A stretch of 64,000 bases of DNA from Octopus vulgaris (lineage: Eukaryota). Both the position numbers and the translations under genes were made by a program. Location: NCBI GenBank assembly GCA_951406725.2, contig OX597831.1:34410001-34474000 (forward strand). Direction: 5' to 3'. The notes beneath the pieces were generated by a model. That model searched no databases. It worked only from the letters and a program-made list of their open reading frames with translations, and had not been told where the DNA came from. Positions 40,880 through 55,907 of the stretch are shown here, in pieces; within the stretch, counting starts at the first letter, position 1, and the number at the start of each line of letters is the position of its first letter.

Positions 40880-41272
40880 CAGGTGTTGGTGAGTGTTAAG
40901 AAGTTTGCTTTCCACTTACATGATTCTGGGTTCAGTTTCATTGCGCCGGAGCTTTGGCAAGTGTCTTTTACTATAGCCACGGACCGACCAAAGCCTTGTG
41001 CGTCAACTAGTAGAAGGAAACTGAAAGAAGCTCGTCGTGAACATGTGTGTGTGTGTGTGTGTGTGTGTGATTGTGTATGTGCCACACCACCGCTTTGCAA
41101 TAAGTGTTGCTTTTGTTACGTCTCCGTATATCAGGGGTTCATAAGATACCGAGGTAATAACTACCAAGCATTAAAAAAATACGTACTGGGGTCGATTCGT
41201 TCGTCAATAACGTTTCGAGGCGGTTGCCCAGCCTGGGCATAGTCCAATAACTGAAACATGTAAAAGACAAAA
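40880..41272 (+). mobile_element. SINE family A, diverged
   Basis: ggcaagtgtcttttactatagcc...ggaaactgaaagaagc, (TG)n, tactggggtcgatt...actgaaac. Confidence 0.8.
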
Positions 41273-41280
41273 GATATATA

Positions 41281-41509
41281 TTTCTTTACTACCCACAAGG
41301 GGCTAAACACAGAGGGGACAAACAAGGACAGACAAAGGATTAAGTCGATTACATCGACCCCAGTGCGTAACTGGTACTTAATTTATCGACCCCGAAAGGA
41401 TGAAAGGCAAAGTCGACCTCGGCGGAATTTGAACTCAGAACGTAACGGCAGACGAAATACAGCTACGCATTTCGCCCGGCGTGCTAACGTTTCTGCCAGC
41501 TCGCCGCCT
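41281..41509 (-). mobile_element. SINE family B, full length, young
   Basis: Nearly identical to the reverse complement of 12904-13135. Confidence 0.95.
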
Positions 41510-41533
41510 TTTGTCAAAAGATATAGGTGTGTC

Positions 41534-41566
<33 letters not shown>

Positions 41567-41689
41567 GTATGCATGCATGGACGGACGGACGGACGGAGAT
41601 GGGATGGATGAGTGTTCAAATCCATGTGCAAATGCCTATGAAATGTATCCATACATATCGCAGTCGAATATCAAAATTTTCTTTTTATT

Positions 41690-41898
41690 TTTTTATTTTT
41701 CTTGTTTCAGTTATTTGACTGCGGCCATGATGGAGCGCCACCTTTAGTCGAACAAATCGACCCCAGGACTTATTCTTTGTAAGCCTAGTACTTATTCTAT
41801 CGATCACTTATGCCAAACCGCTAAGTGACGTGACGTAAGTACACTAACATCGGTCAATCGATGGTGGGGGAACACACACAGGCACAAATAAAAAAACG

Positions 41899-41988
<90 letters not shown>

Positions 41989-42150
41989 ACGGGCTTCTTT
42001 CATTTTCCGTCTATCAAATCAACTCACAAGGCTTTGCTTGGCCCTGGGCTATAGAAGAAGACACTTGCCCAAAGTGCAACGCAGTGGGACTGAACTCGGA
42101 ACCATGTGGCTGGGAAGCAAACCTCTTACCACACAGCCACGCTTGCGCCT
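41690..42150 (-). mobile_element. SINE family A, full length
   Basis: Tail to head on minus strand; a plus-strand 3' half follows at 42170-42365. Confidence 0.9.
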
Positions 42151-42558
42151 ATACAAATATTTGTATTTGCCTACCACCACCTCTTAATAACCGGTGTTGG
42201 TGTGTTTACATTCCCATAAATTAGCGCCTCGGCAAAAAAAAGGCTGATGGAATAAATACCAGGCTTAAAACAAATTAAGTTCTAGGGCCGATCCATTCAA
42301 CTAATTCCTTCAATGTGATGCCCCAGCATGGCCGCAGTTTATGACGGAAACAAGCAGATGAGAAAAGATTTCTTTGCTAACAACCAATGCTTATCCAGAG
42401 TACGTGTCATTGATCTTATAGCAAATGTATCCTCTACAAACTTTCGTGGTAAAATTTCAAATTTATTTATCCAAGAACTTAGGACATATCTCCATCAATG
42501 GAGATTATTTAGATTATTCATTGGTGAAGTCGTGCAAATAACAAAATGAATTCTTATG

Positions 42559-42879
42559 CAATGGAACTTCGGCTTACGCCTCTAATCGCGAACAAATCGG
42601 TTTACGAACAAAATTTCGAAAATAAAACGTCTCGGTTGATGAATGGCATCTCCAGTAACGAACATGCAAGCCAGGTACAACGGTTGGTGATAAGCTGAAC
42701 GTATCGGAGGCAGAGCGTCAGTTTTGTTTAGCTTTCAGTCGGTGCCTATCCCTGCTCGAATTATCTATGCTTTCTCTAGAATTTCCTATGGGGAAAACAG
42801 TTTCGGTTTACGAACATTTCGGGTGACGAATAAAACGCTTCAGGAACGGATAAAACCCATAAACGTAGATTTTTACCGT
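42559..42879. mobile_element. pogo/Tigger-like MITE, degraded
   Basis: caatggaacttcggcttacg start, repeated tcggtttacgaaca subterminal motifs and atttcctatgggga. Confidence 0.5.
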
Positions 42880-43214
42880 ACATATATTGTCTCGGGATAC
42901 GGTTATCGTTGGGTACGTGCTACTGACAAAGCCAAAGGAGGCAGAAATGCGCATATAACATTCTTTATCGCAGCTGCTTCACGATTTTCGACTGCTACTG
43001 ATATAGTGTTGTGCTTTAGACACAACACGTTCATAAGAGATATCTCCGGACGAATACTGTTGATTCATCTTTTCCCGATTCATCTTTTATACACAGAGTA
43101 TGATATACAGGTGCCTAAATGTGTATTTACATAAATATGTGCATGTATGTGGGTACGTAGGATGCGAAAATAAATGATCTGAAAATAAATGAACCTATAC
43201 CTAAAATATTATCT

Positions 43215-43485
43215 CTTATCTTTTACTTGTTTCAGACATGAAACTGCGGCCATGCTGGGGCACCACCTTGAAGAATCTTTAGGCGAATGAATCGACTCCA
43301 ATGCATTTTATTTGTTGTAAGTCTGGTACTTATTCTATCGATATCTCTGCCGAAGCGCTAAGTTATAGGAACGTAAACACAACAGCACTCGTCACGCGGT
43401 GGTGGGGAACAGACATAGACATAAAGACACACGCACACACACACACACACACACACTCACACACACGCACACACACACACATATG

Positions 43486-43518
<33 letters not shown>

Positions 43519-43640
43519 CACGGGCTTCTCTCAGTTTCCATCCACCAAGTCCATTCACAAGGCTATAGTAGAAGACACTTCCCCAAGGTGCCACGCAGCG
43601 TGACTAAACCCAGAACCACACAGCCACGCTTGCGCCTATA
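43215..43640 (-). mobile_element. SINE family A with internal deletions
   Basis: actgcggccatgctgggg...ggctatagtagaagacactt...cacagccacgcttgcgcc. Confidence 0.85.
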
Positions 43641-44250
43641 CAAATATGTTTTATCTTATTATTCTGAACAAAATTGTTTCCATAAATGCATGTAAACGCT
43701 CCTATAATGCACGTAAAAGCAACAAAATAAAAAAAACAACAAGATGTTTTGGCTTCATCAATATCTAACACTAAATATATCTTTCTCGAAGTAAATACGT
43801 TTCTATAGTTTGTGTCTGACGTAAGTCAAATGACTGAAACAAGTATTGTAAACAAACGAGAAGTTTCCGTTTGAAGTAAAAATATTTAGAGAAGAGCATA
43901 GAATTCCTTACAGTAAATTAGTCGACAATTATGGACACAAAATTCAAGCAGCGGTGTTTGAATTGTATTTAAACGTATATAAAAATATCTACATAATTCA
44001 AAGATCTATTTGGTGTCCTGCTGATAAGAGGAATACACGGGATTTTGTTTTTGTGCTGTTTATAGTGTGCATGCAGTTTTCACATAGATGCATAATTATC
44101 CCCAGCCTGAGAAAAAATGGCGGTGAAGTAAGCAAGATAATTTGTTCATTTATTCAAGGTCAAGGAGACACTGCCAGAAGCCTCCGACTAAGATATATGC
44201 GTGTGAGTCTGTTCGTATCTACACACATGTACATACATATATACCGACAC

Positions 44251-44290
<40 letters not shown>

Positions 44291-44768
44291 ACATCTATCT
44301 ATCTATCAATCTACCTCTGTGTGTGTGTGTGTATTTGTGCATATGTCCCTACGTACATAAAAGTTTCATTGTAATAATTTAGAAATAAGCAGTACGATTA
44401 TATAAGTACGAAAAGCAAAGAAGGAAAATTAAATATATAAGAGGAAAAAAAAAAACAATTTAAATTTTGATGTGTGTGCGCGCGTATGTATATATATATA
44501 TATATATATATATAGTTATATATAAATGTGTGAGTGTTTACGGGTATTTATATGAATGTTTGTGTATATATATATATATATATGCGTATATATATAATAT
44601 ATTCATATATACAAACACACATACATACATATATAAATGTATATATGTGTATATATATATGTACGTATAAATACATATGTGAGTGCGAGTGTGTGTGTTA
44701 TATGCATATAGAAACACATACAAACGCGCGCGCGCACGCATATATAGCATGCTTATATATATGTACTC

Positions 44769-44845
<77 letters not shown>

Positions 44846-44897
44846 TACATATATATATGTTATATATGTGTGCATGCGCATTTATATATATATGTAG

Positions 44898-44930
<33 letters not shown>

Positions 44931-45319
44931 AGTACACACACTCACACACACACATATATATATATATATAAAGACAGAGTCAGCGAGAGATAAAAGGATG
45001 TGTGAGGAGGTATGTGTGTGTGTGAGCGTATATTTCCTCTCAGTGTAGTTAAGTGAAACAATGTTTTATATACATATTTCATAAATTACATAGTCGATAT
45101 TGTGTTGTGATGTTAAGTTAAACATTCAATACATTCCTTGCTATTGACAATGTACATTACTACATAATGTTGAAGAACAAGCAAAAACTAATAATAATAG
45201 TAATCGGATGTTTTTTGTCGTAGCCTTATATTTCCTGCTCGACTTCCAGTTGAGAATAAATCAATGTCTTCAAGAAGCTTGTTTGTAAAGATTTATTTCT
45301 CCCTTTCAAATCGAAGATT

Positions 45320-45680
45320 TATTACTATATATCTTTATACATCAACAACGAAATTAATCGCATTGAAAGCAAGCGTAGTGATGTAGAAAATGAGAGTGCT
45401 AACGTTAAAAAGGCTCTATGACCTCTTGAGATTAAATGGATACCCAAAATCTTTTATTAGAACACAAGTAATAAAAGAAATAAAGAAATATATGTTAGAA
45501 GACCTTCTATTACACATATCAAACTCTAGGTTCTTTTGTGTATGTGAATACGTTACCAATAATTTTGGTTTTAACAATACTAAGAGAACGGTCAAACATA
45601 CAGCTACTAACTTATTTGGAATATAGCATAATAAGTTACTCATCGAAAAAGTGAACTTTTGATCCCGACAGACAAACATA
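45320..45680 (+). mobile_element. PLE post-RT (thumb/helical) fragment
   Basis: YINNEINRI...LYDLLRLNGYPKSFI, the LxxNGYP motif typical of Penelope-like ORFs. Confidence 0.6.
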
Positions 45681-45802
45681 AACGTTGATTTATATTTGTT
45701 GGTACTTTTGTGTGTATGTGTATGTGTGTGTGTTGTGTGTTGTGTGTGTGTGTGTGAGTGTGTGTATGTGTGTGCTTGAATGTGTGTTTAAATACATTCA
45801 TG

Positions 45803-45840
<38 letters not shown>

Positions 45841-46183
45841 CTTAGTTCAAATCGCACGTGTCTTGAATGGGCTGGAGTATTTCTATTTTGGATTATTTGG
45901 GGCACTTAATTGTGCTCATGACTTAGTGTTTTGCTTCTTCCATGGGTATGAGTAAGTATCTCATTTATTTCTTTGCCACATGTATCACTGACGAAGGGAG
46001 AGTTCTTACGAACTAACCCTGAAATCAGTCCGATTTGGTAATAATGGAATTTTTTAGAAATTTCTGTCGACTTTTTTCGAGTAGCGTGCGTATTGTGATA
46101 AATTATATGGTAATGGACAACATGTCCAATTTTCGGCGTATTTGACATCAAACATTTTTTTCGTTTGCCCTTATTTATAAGTT

Positions 46184-46226
<43 letters not shown>

Positions 46227-46366
46227 TAGACAAAAGAATTATCTTATTACGGATAATTCGAAAGATAACCGATACCTTAGCAAACTCACAACAGAAACAG
46301 CACGGTTGAAGTTACGACCATAGGGCACGGAGTTTATGCCCTATGGTCGTAATCAACCGTTCTAAT

Positions 46367-46486
<120 letters not shown>

Positions 46487-47429
46487 GGCAGAGACATCTG
46501 TATAAATAAATGTACAAATATATTTATGTGTACACATATATTACTTGGATATTTTCGTACGTACATGCTGTCTTGTATATACTTTCCGAAAAGTAACACG
46601 ACTCTAAACAGAAATAATTCACATGATATCACACGAGTTCTATACAATGATAGCTACCGCCTCTTCAATAAACCCATTAAAATGCAACTATATATTAACA
46701 AATGTTGTATCTACCCTCCCGCATTGCGAACTATATCAACAATAATAGTGTGCACTTCTTGTCGTATGATGAGGTCTTTTTCACCGGAGCGTGAATGGAC
46801 AAGGACGCACTGATGTTAAGAAGTTAAGAAGTTTCAAGTAAAGTTTTCAATGCATAAAATATGCCACATGTAATGCAAACAACCGCAAGTAAACCTAGAT
46901 ACAAACTAGAAAATTTCAACGTCGTTTAGTATCCATGTTCGAGAAATACTTTGTCTTGGTTGTTTTCACTTTGATACAGAAACACTTCCCCAAAACCACA
47001 GGTAGTGTAAATTATTTAAGATGCAGAACAAGAGTTGAAACTGAAACTACATAGCTAATCTTGAATCAATATCAAGAGGCTGTCGCATACCAATCGTATT
47101 CCTGACTTCCAATTGCATTCACCTCACCAATTTTCGTCGGTCTGTGTTTTAAAGCATCAGTGATGCATTGCGTTGATGACTTCACTGATAACACACCCAT
47201 ATTTTACATCGGTTTATCCAAATACACTTTTACACCAAGATTCTTCCAGAGTATCCACTCCCACACAAATACCAGTAGAAGAGTGCGCATAATCTTTTCT
47301 TAGTGATGTATTCTCAGAAGCATTCGGAATACTGAATATAACATCAAGCACTTACTAGTACAGACTAGCTGAAAAACTGAAATTCATGAACTATACGTAA
47401 AAACACCAATTACAAACATACATACGTAG

Positions 47430-48221
47430 ATACATACATATATATGTATACATACAGTATATATATATATGTGTGTGTGTGTGTATATATATATATGTAT
47501 ATATATATGTATATATATGTATATATATATGTATATATATGTATATATATGTATATATATGTATATATATATATATGTATATACTTATGTATATATATAG
47601 GTGTATATATATATGTATATATATATGTATATATATATATGTGTGTATATATATATGTATATATATATGTATATATATGTATATATATATATATGTATAT
47701 ATATATGTATATATATATATGTATATATATGTATCCATATATATATGTATATATATATGTAAATGTATATATATGTATATATATGTATATGTATATATGT
47801 GTATATATACATATGTATCTATATATGTATATATGTATATACATATATATGTACATATGAATATATGTATATATATATATATATGTATATATGTATATAT
47901 ATATATGTGTATATGTATATATGTATATGTATATATATATGTATATATATATGCATATATATACGTATATATATATGTATATATCTATATGTATATATAT
48001 ATGTATATATCTATATGTATATATATGTATCTATATTTATATATATATATGTGTATATATATGTAAATATATATATATGTATCTATATATGTATATATAT
48101 ACGTATATATATATATATGTATATATCTATATGTATATATATGTATCTATATTTATATATACATATATGTATATATATGTAAATATATATATATGTATCT
48201 ATATATGTATATATATTTGTA

Positions 48222-48295
<74 letters not shown>
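47430..48295. repeat. About 860-bp degenerate (TA)n/(TATATG)n microsatellite
   Basis: Directly visible. Confidence 0.97.
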
Positions 48296-48297
<2 letters not shown>

Positions 48298-48298
<1 letters not shown>

Positions 48299-48640
48299 GC
48301 AGGCGTGGCTGTGTAGTATGAAGTTTGCTTCTCAACCACATGCTTCCAGGTTCACTCATACAGCGTGGCACCTTGGGCAAGCCTTGCGACTGGATTTGGT
48401 AAATGGAAACTGAAAGAAGACCGTCGTATATATATGTGTGTGTGTGTCTATGTGTCTGTGTTTGTACCACTCCATCTCAGTTTGACAACTGTGTTGGTGT
48501 GTTTACGTCCCTGTAACTTAGTGAGTTCGAGAAATACGACCGATAGAATAGGTACTAGGAGTCGATTTGCTCGACTAAAACACTTCAAGGCGGTGCTTCT
48601 GCGTGGCCGTGACTAAACAAATAAAAGAATAAAAGAATAC
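48298..48640 (+). mobile_element. SINE family A, diverged
   Basis: gcaggcgtggctgtgtagta...ggcaccttgggcaag...aaataaaagaataaaag. Confidence 0.85.
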
Positions 48641-49134
48641 GGATAAGTGGGCAAACGAAAGAAAATGACAACACATTTAGTAGAAGTTATATTTATTAAT
48701 ATTTAAAACAGTTTAATTCAGCCCCGTGCCACTTAAAGTTTCATAGGCCCTATACAGAAACCTAGCTCGCATTTGTAAGGTAATCCTTTATATTATTTCT
48801 CCCCGAGAGCAACGCGAAGAGTACGCGTGTCTGTGAAGTGGTCAGCCACTTGAAATTTAATTTCGCTAGCTGGATCTTCCATTGATTGGATCAACTCGAA
48901 TCCTTGTCTTCGTAACCGACGGAGTGCCAATCATTCCCCAGAATGCATACAATCAGCACAATATGGTTCACTTTATTCTCTTTGTCATCTACTGTTGATG
49001 GTATCTTGTGTGGGTATGTTTAAATGAATGACAGCCAATCACCAGCATTCTGTGACTAGACGAGAAATATATTTTATTAATCTTTATTTCAATATCTTGA
49101 TTTTATTTTCAAGTGCCTCATTGTTTTAGCTGCA

Positions 49135-49186
<52 letters not shown>

Positions 49187-49194
<8 letters not shown>

Positions 49195-49261
49195 GAAGTA
49201 AATATATGGCACAACGAAGTACCGATATTTTCGTTGTGCCATATATTTACTTCTATGTATA
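49187..49261. repeat. Perfect 32-bp inverted repeat with 11-nt loop
   Basis: tatacatagaagtaaatatatggcacaacgaa - gtaccgatatt - ttcgttgtgccatatatttacttctatgtata. Confidence 0.95.
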
Positions 49262-49342
49262 ATTTTCCCTCACGGGCTATTCTTTACTGGAAAGCAATAC
49301 TTTCGTATTGCATTACTATTTTATATATATATATATATATAT

Positions 49343-50010
49343 AATTAAGAGGAATGGCCACTAAAGTGGACACCTAATATGCTATACATATCGAATCGCC
49401 ATTACCACGAAGAATGTGTTCTCAAGAAAAATCTCAGCAAAACACCAAAATGTAAAAATGAGCAGGACAAATGAAAATATACGAAATAAAAAAACGATTA
49501 CCTACATACCAATGGTTTCACTTGTTAATATCTTCGTATGCAAGCACGCAGATAGCTCCAAGATCCTCATCGTAGTCTATCGCTTACAAAACACAATTTC
49601 CAGAACTAGATACAGAACACTCAACTGAAATCGAGCATGTATAAAGTTCTACAATTTATATTTGGGCATATTTTTCAAATGTCTTCACTTTGGCGCACTG
49701 AAGCCGAAAATTACTCTGTAGTTAATAAATTTCAGCAGCCAATTTACCGGTTAGAGAACATTTTTTCTATTTAAAATTAAGTAATAAGGGTAGAAATTGA
49801 TATTAATCAATTAAAACCAGTGGCTTAGCACATTTAAAAAATCCAGAGATTAAAAATTGTGTTACATACAAAATTAAGAGGAATGACCACTAAAGTGGGC
49901 ACCTAATATGCTAAACATAGACGTCAAATCGCCATTACCACGAAGAATGTGTTCTCGAGAAAAATCTCGGCAAAACGCCAAAATGTAAAAATGTGCAAAA
50001 CAAATGAATA
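49343..50010. repeat. Element bounded by about 140-bp direct repeats
   Basis: aattaagaggaatg(g/a)ccactaaagtgg...caaatgaa at about 49343-49475 and 49872-50009. Confidence 0.85.
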
Positions 50011-50028
50011 CATACATATATATATATA

Positions 50029-50125
<97 letters not shown>

Positions 50126-50211
50126 CCATTAAATGATCGTTTTAAACGCTTTGCACATGAGAAATATTTTTGTTACAATAGCAAATTGTATATTTACTCC
50201 TTCGATTACTG

Positions 50212-50282
<71 letters not shown>

Positions 50283-50289
50283 CGTTTAC

Positions 50290-50329
<40 letters not shown>

Positions 50330-51413
50330 AAGCATGTGTGTGTGTGTAAGCATGTGTGTGTGTGTGTGTTTGCATGTATATGTATACAGAGATAGATACA
50401 TATACATTTTGAGAGAGAGGCAAAGAAAGAAAAGGGGAGCGAAATTGAGAAAGAAAGACAGAAAGAGAAAGGAGTAGTGACATGGGTTGCTAATTGGGTA
50501 AAGAGATAGATTTAAAGTTTATATTGATTCACTGATTCCTTCGTTGGATGATTGATAGTGGTTTTCATATGCCTGGAGACAAGGCATTAAGTTACGGAGG
50601 CGATGGAGGTGGCGATGGAGTCATTTACAGTAAATGTCGAACACTCATAACTTAGAGAAAAGCTTTAAAGAACGTAAACTAAATGTCTGTAACTAAGAAT
50701 CGATATATGATAATGCAAATGTCTATAATTATATTAGGAATAGATATTAATGTTCACAAACACCTATGATCATTATAGATAATTTTCATTAGTTCGCTTG
50801 TAATGCTATTGATTTAACTTGCAGGTATTATTATGGAGTAAAGATGCATGGCCTAATAGTTACTGTATTAAGTTCGTGATCCTAATGTCATGGGTACAAT
50901 TCATAGCCCGGGTAGCACATTTTCTCACAAGTAAAGTTACAGGTACCACAAAGCGTCATAGACGCAAAATGTAAAAGTATACCTGTTTTTTTTTTAATCT
51001 CCCTGTTCGAATAAAACATTGCCAGGGATTTTTTCACTTTGACACAGAAGCACTTCCCCCAAAAGCACAAGTACTATAAAATATGTAAGAGAAAAAATAT
51101 GTTTAATGCTGTTTCTATCCCAATCTACACAGTTGTAATGAATATAAACCGGATGCTGGTGCAGCTCAGTCTATTTCTTTCTCTCTCCCCATTTATCACA
51201 TCCTTGGATTTTCTGTTGGGTCATGACCGAGAGAAGCAAAAGGGTGTCTATGTCAGAGCCTGACTATACACACACCTAAAACAATTTAAAATAATTTGCG
51301 AATGCATGGTACATGTTTCAAAGCTGTACTCACTTGCGAGTGACAGCTGGCTGTACTTACTATCGTATAATAATGTGACCACTGTAATTTTCTTGTAGTT
51401 ATATTTATTATAT

Positions 51414-51643
51414 ATTTCTTTATTGCCCACAGGGGGCTAAACATAGAGAGGACAAACAAGGAGAGAGAAAGGGATTAAATCGATTACATCGACCCCAGTG
51501 CGTAACGGTACTTATTTAATCGACCCCGAAAGGATGAAAGGCAAAGTCGACCTCGGCGGAATTTGAACTCAGAACGTTAAGGCAGACGAAATACTGCTAA
51601 GCATTTCACCCGGCGTGCTAGCGATTCTGCCTGCTGGCTGCCT
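51414..51643 (-). mobile_element. SINE family B, full length
   Basis: Tail atttctttattgcccacagggggctaaac through head gcctgctggctgcc. Confidence 0.93.
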
Positions 51644-51784
51644 TATATTTGTTATAATTGCATAGACCAAGAAGAAACCCTGACCAGGCAGATAGATGGT
51701 GAAAGTAAGGAAAAAGAACAGAAAAGTAATTATAGGGGTCAAATCCTTAACAGTCTTATCTATTATATTTCTTCATTCTAAATG

Positions 51785-52103
51785 AGGGCTTACGTCAACA
51801 AGCCGGAGATCCTGGGGTAACTGAAGGAGAACGTCAATAGAGAAATCAGAGAAATGGGGTCTGAAACCATTGAGGGTGTTACGGTGCAAGTTTTGGAAAG
51901 AGCACGAGCATGCGAAGACGAAAATGGCTGTCATTTAAGCGATGTCATTTTTCATATGTGATGTAGTGGTGTTGCAAAATTTGACTCATGCATATTAATT
52001 GCCATTATTTTCTTTATATTGTATCAAAATTTCATGCATTTATTTGTTAACTGAAAGAGGTTATTAAAGATTGAAACCCATCAGTGACTCTTGGGTCATC
52101 CTG
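51785..52103 (+). mobile_element. Tc1/mariner-superfamily transposase C-terminus plus 3' TIR
   Basis: AYVNKPEILG*LKENVNREI...RARACEDENGCHLSDVIF*; ends gggtcatcctg-TA. Confidence 0.7.
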
Positions 52104-52250
52104 TATATATATAATACACACACAAACACACACACACACACACACACATGTATATGTATGTATAGATGTATTATATATATATATATATATATGAAAATAT
52201 ACATATGTATATATATAAATATATATATGTGTGTGTGTGTATGTGTGTGT

Positions 52251-52718
<468 letters not shown>

Positions 52719-52732
52719 TATATATATGTATG

Positions 52733-52825
<93 letters not shown>

Positions 52826-53042
52826 AATGTGTTCTCTTACTTTATTATCATCTTATAATCATCTCATAATAATGACCTTTATGACTCGTATTACTACCTC
52901 AGTCAATCTAAATGTATATATTTGTCACTACCTGTGACAAATATAGCCTTTTTCTATTTGCAATATTCATCTTCGTTGACTTTTCATATTTTACCCTTAC
53001 ATTTCCACGTGTATTTTATATTTTCTTTTCGTAACATATTTC

Positions 53043-53083
<41 letters not shown>

Positions 53084-53086
<3 letters not shown>

Positions 53087-53780
53087 GGTGGGGCAGAGAG
53101 GACGGACGTTTTGGGAAAATTCATAAAAAATTATTAATTTTAATTTTAGATGCAAACAACTTTTATTGACATCAGTGTGTTCGTATTGAATTAGCATTTG
53201 TCGAAATTAAGTGTGGAAAACGATATCCATCTTGTGGTGTCCGTTTTCATTGATGCATTTCTAGAAGCGTACTTGGAAGTTGACCCCCACTCTGTCCAGC
53301 ACTGTTCTATGCATAATCTATGGTTTCAACTGTTGCCCGATGACCAATTTGTACGGGTGGAAATGCAGTTCTTCTTGCAAAATACGCCTTACCGATCGAT
53401 TAACGATGCCAAGTTCTGTAGAATGCCTCGTGAGCGGAGCGATTCGGTCTCTATATTAAAGCTTGTCTGACGCGTTCCTTATTTTCCGGGGTCCGTACCC
53501 TTTTTGACTCTCCCCCACTGGTCTCCTATTCATTAGTGTACCCTGTGTACGAAGTGCATTCACCCAACGTAAGATTGTGTTACGGGTGGGAGTCGCCTGA
53601 ATTCGGCGCCGAAACTCATGCCGAACTATTGTGAAAGATACGTTATTCTTTACGTATATATATATATATACGTAATTGTCGTAAACAAACACGTGATGCT
53701 CTATCGTCCACAGCGCCATCTCACCACCTGAAAAGAAAAAATGCTAAGACACCACGAACCGAATAGTGGGAGGGACGTAT
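53084..53780 (-). mobile_element. Internally deleted Tc1/mariner-superfamily transposon (DUF4817-like HTH N-terminus)
   Basis: MALWTIEHHVFVYDNYV..KNNVSFTIVRHEFRRR...PTRNTILRWV; C-terminus NFQVRF*KCINENGHHKMDIVF; TIR TA-CAGGGTG; no DDE core between them. Confidence 0.8.
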
Positions 53781-54478
53781 ATATATATATATATTAACAC
53801 ATGTTTATGAAGATATTTTCTCTCAGACAAAAACCAGAGCATCATAATGCCAACCGTGTATTTACGTTGTGTATGATACATAGATGGCTATTTTAATTTC
53901 ACACATGTTTCTGTCTTATTCTGACCTCCATCAGTGAATCCTGTCCCAGCGAATCGCCGCCGTAAATATTGAAAGAATTACTAAGACAATAAATAAGATC
54001 ATACCATCTTTCTCGTCTGACATTGGTGATAAATAAACTTATTAAAGAGAAACTGCAATAACCAACTTAAAGTAACAATGCTATAAAACTTGCTGCAGAA
54101 ACAAGAACAATAACAATGCCGTTTCCTTTTAAAAAACTTACACACGAACTGTCCTAGCATCCCACTCCAAAACTATGTAACGACTATGTGTATGTCGTAA
54201 ATATTCTTCTGAAATGAAACTAAAGCAATAATATTTAAAAAAGCAGAGATTATAATAACAAGCCTTAAAATGGAAGAAAAGATTACCTAGGTTTGCAAAC
54301 GTTGGTTTATATGATACTTTGACTGTTTATAGAGTTTTATAGGGTTGTGTGCGTGTTATATGAACAATGTCAGTCGGGAGTTTTATGAGGTAAAGTCTTT
54401 TATTTATTCTTAAGAAGCAACCATTATGGTACAAGTGATTTCCATTTAATTGCCCTATCACAACATTCCGTTTTACAC

Positions 54479-54817
<339 letters not shown>

Positions 54818-54865
54818 TACTACTACTACTACTAATAATAATAATAATAATCATAATAATAACGA

Positions 54866-55800
54866 CACCTATGTAGGTAATAACGAAGAAATTTTTTTTA
54901 AAAGCTAGTATAGTTACAGCAAGACATAGGGAAACCAAAAATCCAAACGAAGTTAAAAAGTAGTGAAAAGAACATAAATTATCTGACTGGTAGGAGGCGT
55001 TGTATGGTAAATTCTCAAACATAGTGGAAGCAAACAGTAGTAGTCGGACATGGCTGTGGTTGCAGAAAGGCAAGCTGAAAAGGGAGACAGAAATTTTAGT
55101 AGCAGCTGCACAAGACCAAGCATTAAGGACTAAATGGATAAAAGCCGAGATAGACGAAAACCAAGTAAATTATCAATGTAGGTTATGCAAATCAAATGAG
55201 GAAAGTGTGACACAAATAGTAGTATGCTGACACAGTGAATGAAGTATGCTGACACAGAAAGAATACAAGAAAAGACATGACAACCTAGGGAGAGTAATCC
55301 ACTGGGAGTTATATAGGAAGTGAGGATTTGAACATAATAATGAATGGAATGAACATGAACCTAGTAAATTACAAGAACGTAAGAAATACAAGATATGGTG
55401 GGACTTTAACATTCAAACTGACAGAGTAATAGAAGCTAGAATTCCTGATTGACTAGTAGTAAAGAGAATAAAAAGTGCCAGATAATTGACTTTACAGTCT
55501 CACACGATGAAAAAAATCAATATGAGATGTATAGAAAAATAGTACCAGGATCTAGCTATTGAATTACAAAGACTATGGAAAGTGCTGGTAAAATGTATCC
55601 CAGTAGGTATATGTGCATTGGGAACTATCCCTAAAATCCGAAAGTTGGACCCAGTTTATTACAATTCAGAAAACGGCGTTACTAGGGACAGCTAAGATAC
55701 TTAAAGGGGTTCTTGGTATCTAAGGTTACTTCTTGTAGCCAGATGTTAGGATTGTTTCTTTTGCACAGACTAATCTGTTGTGTGTATTTGAAATGATAAA
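54866..55800 (+). mobile_element. 5'-truncated Dong/R4-like retrotransposon embedded in (TAA)n
   Basis: TWLWLQKGKLKRETEILVAAAQDQALRT, CRLCKSNEESVTQIVVC, YKKRHDNLGRVIHWEL, KIWWDFNIQTDRVIEARIPD; (TAA)n on both flanks. Confidence 0.93.
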
Positions 55801-55898
<98 letters not shown>

Positions 55899-55907
55899 TA
55901 ATAAAAA

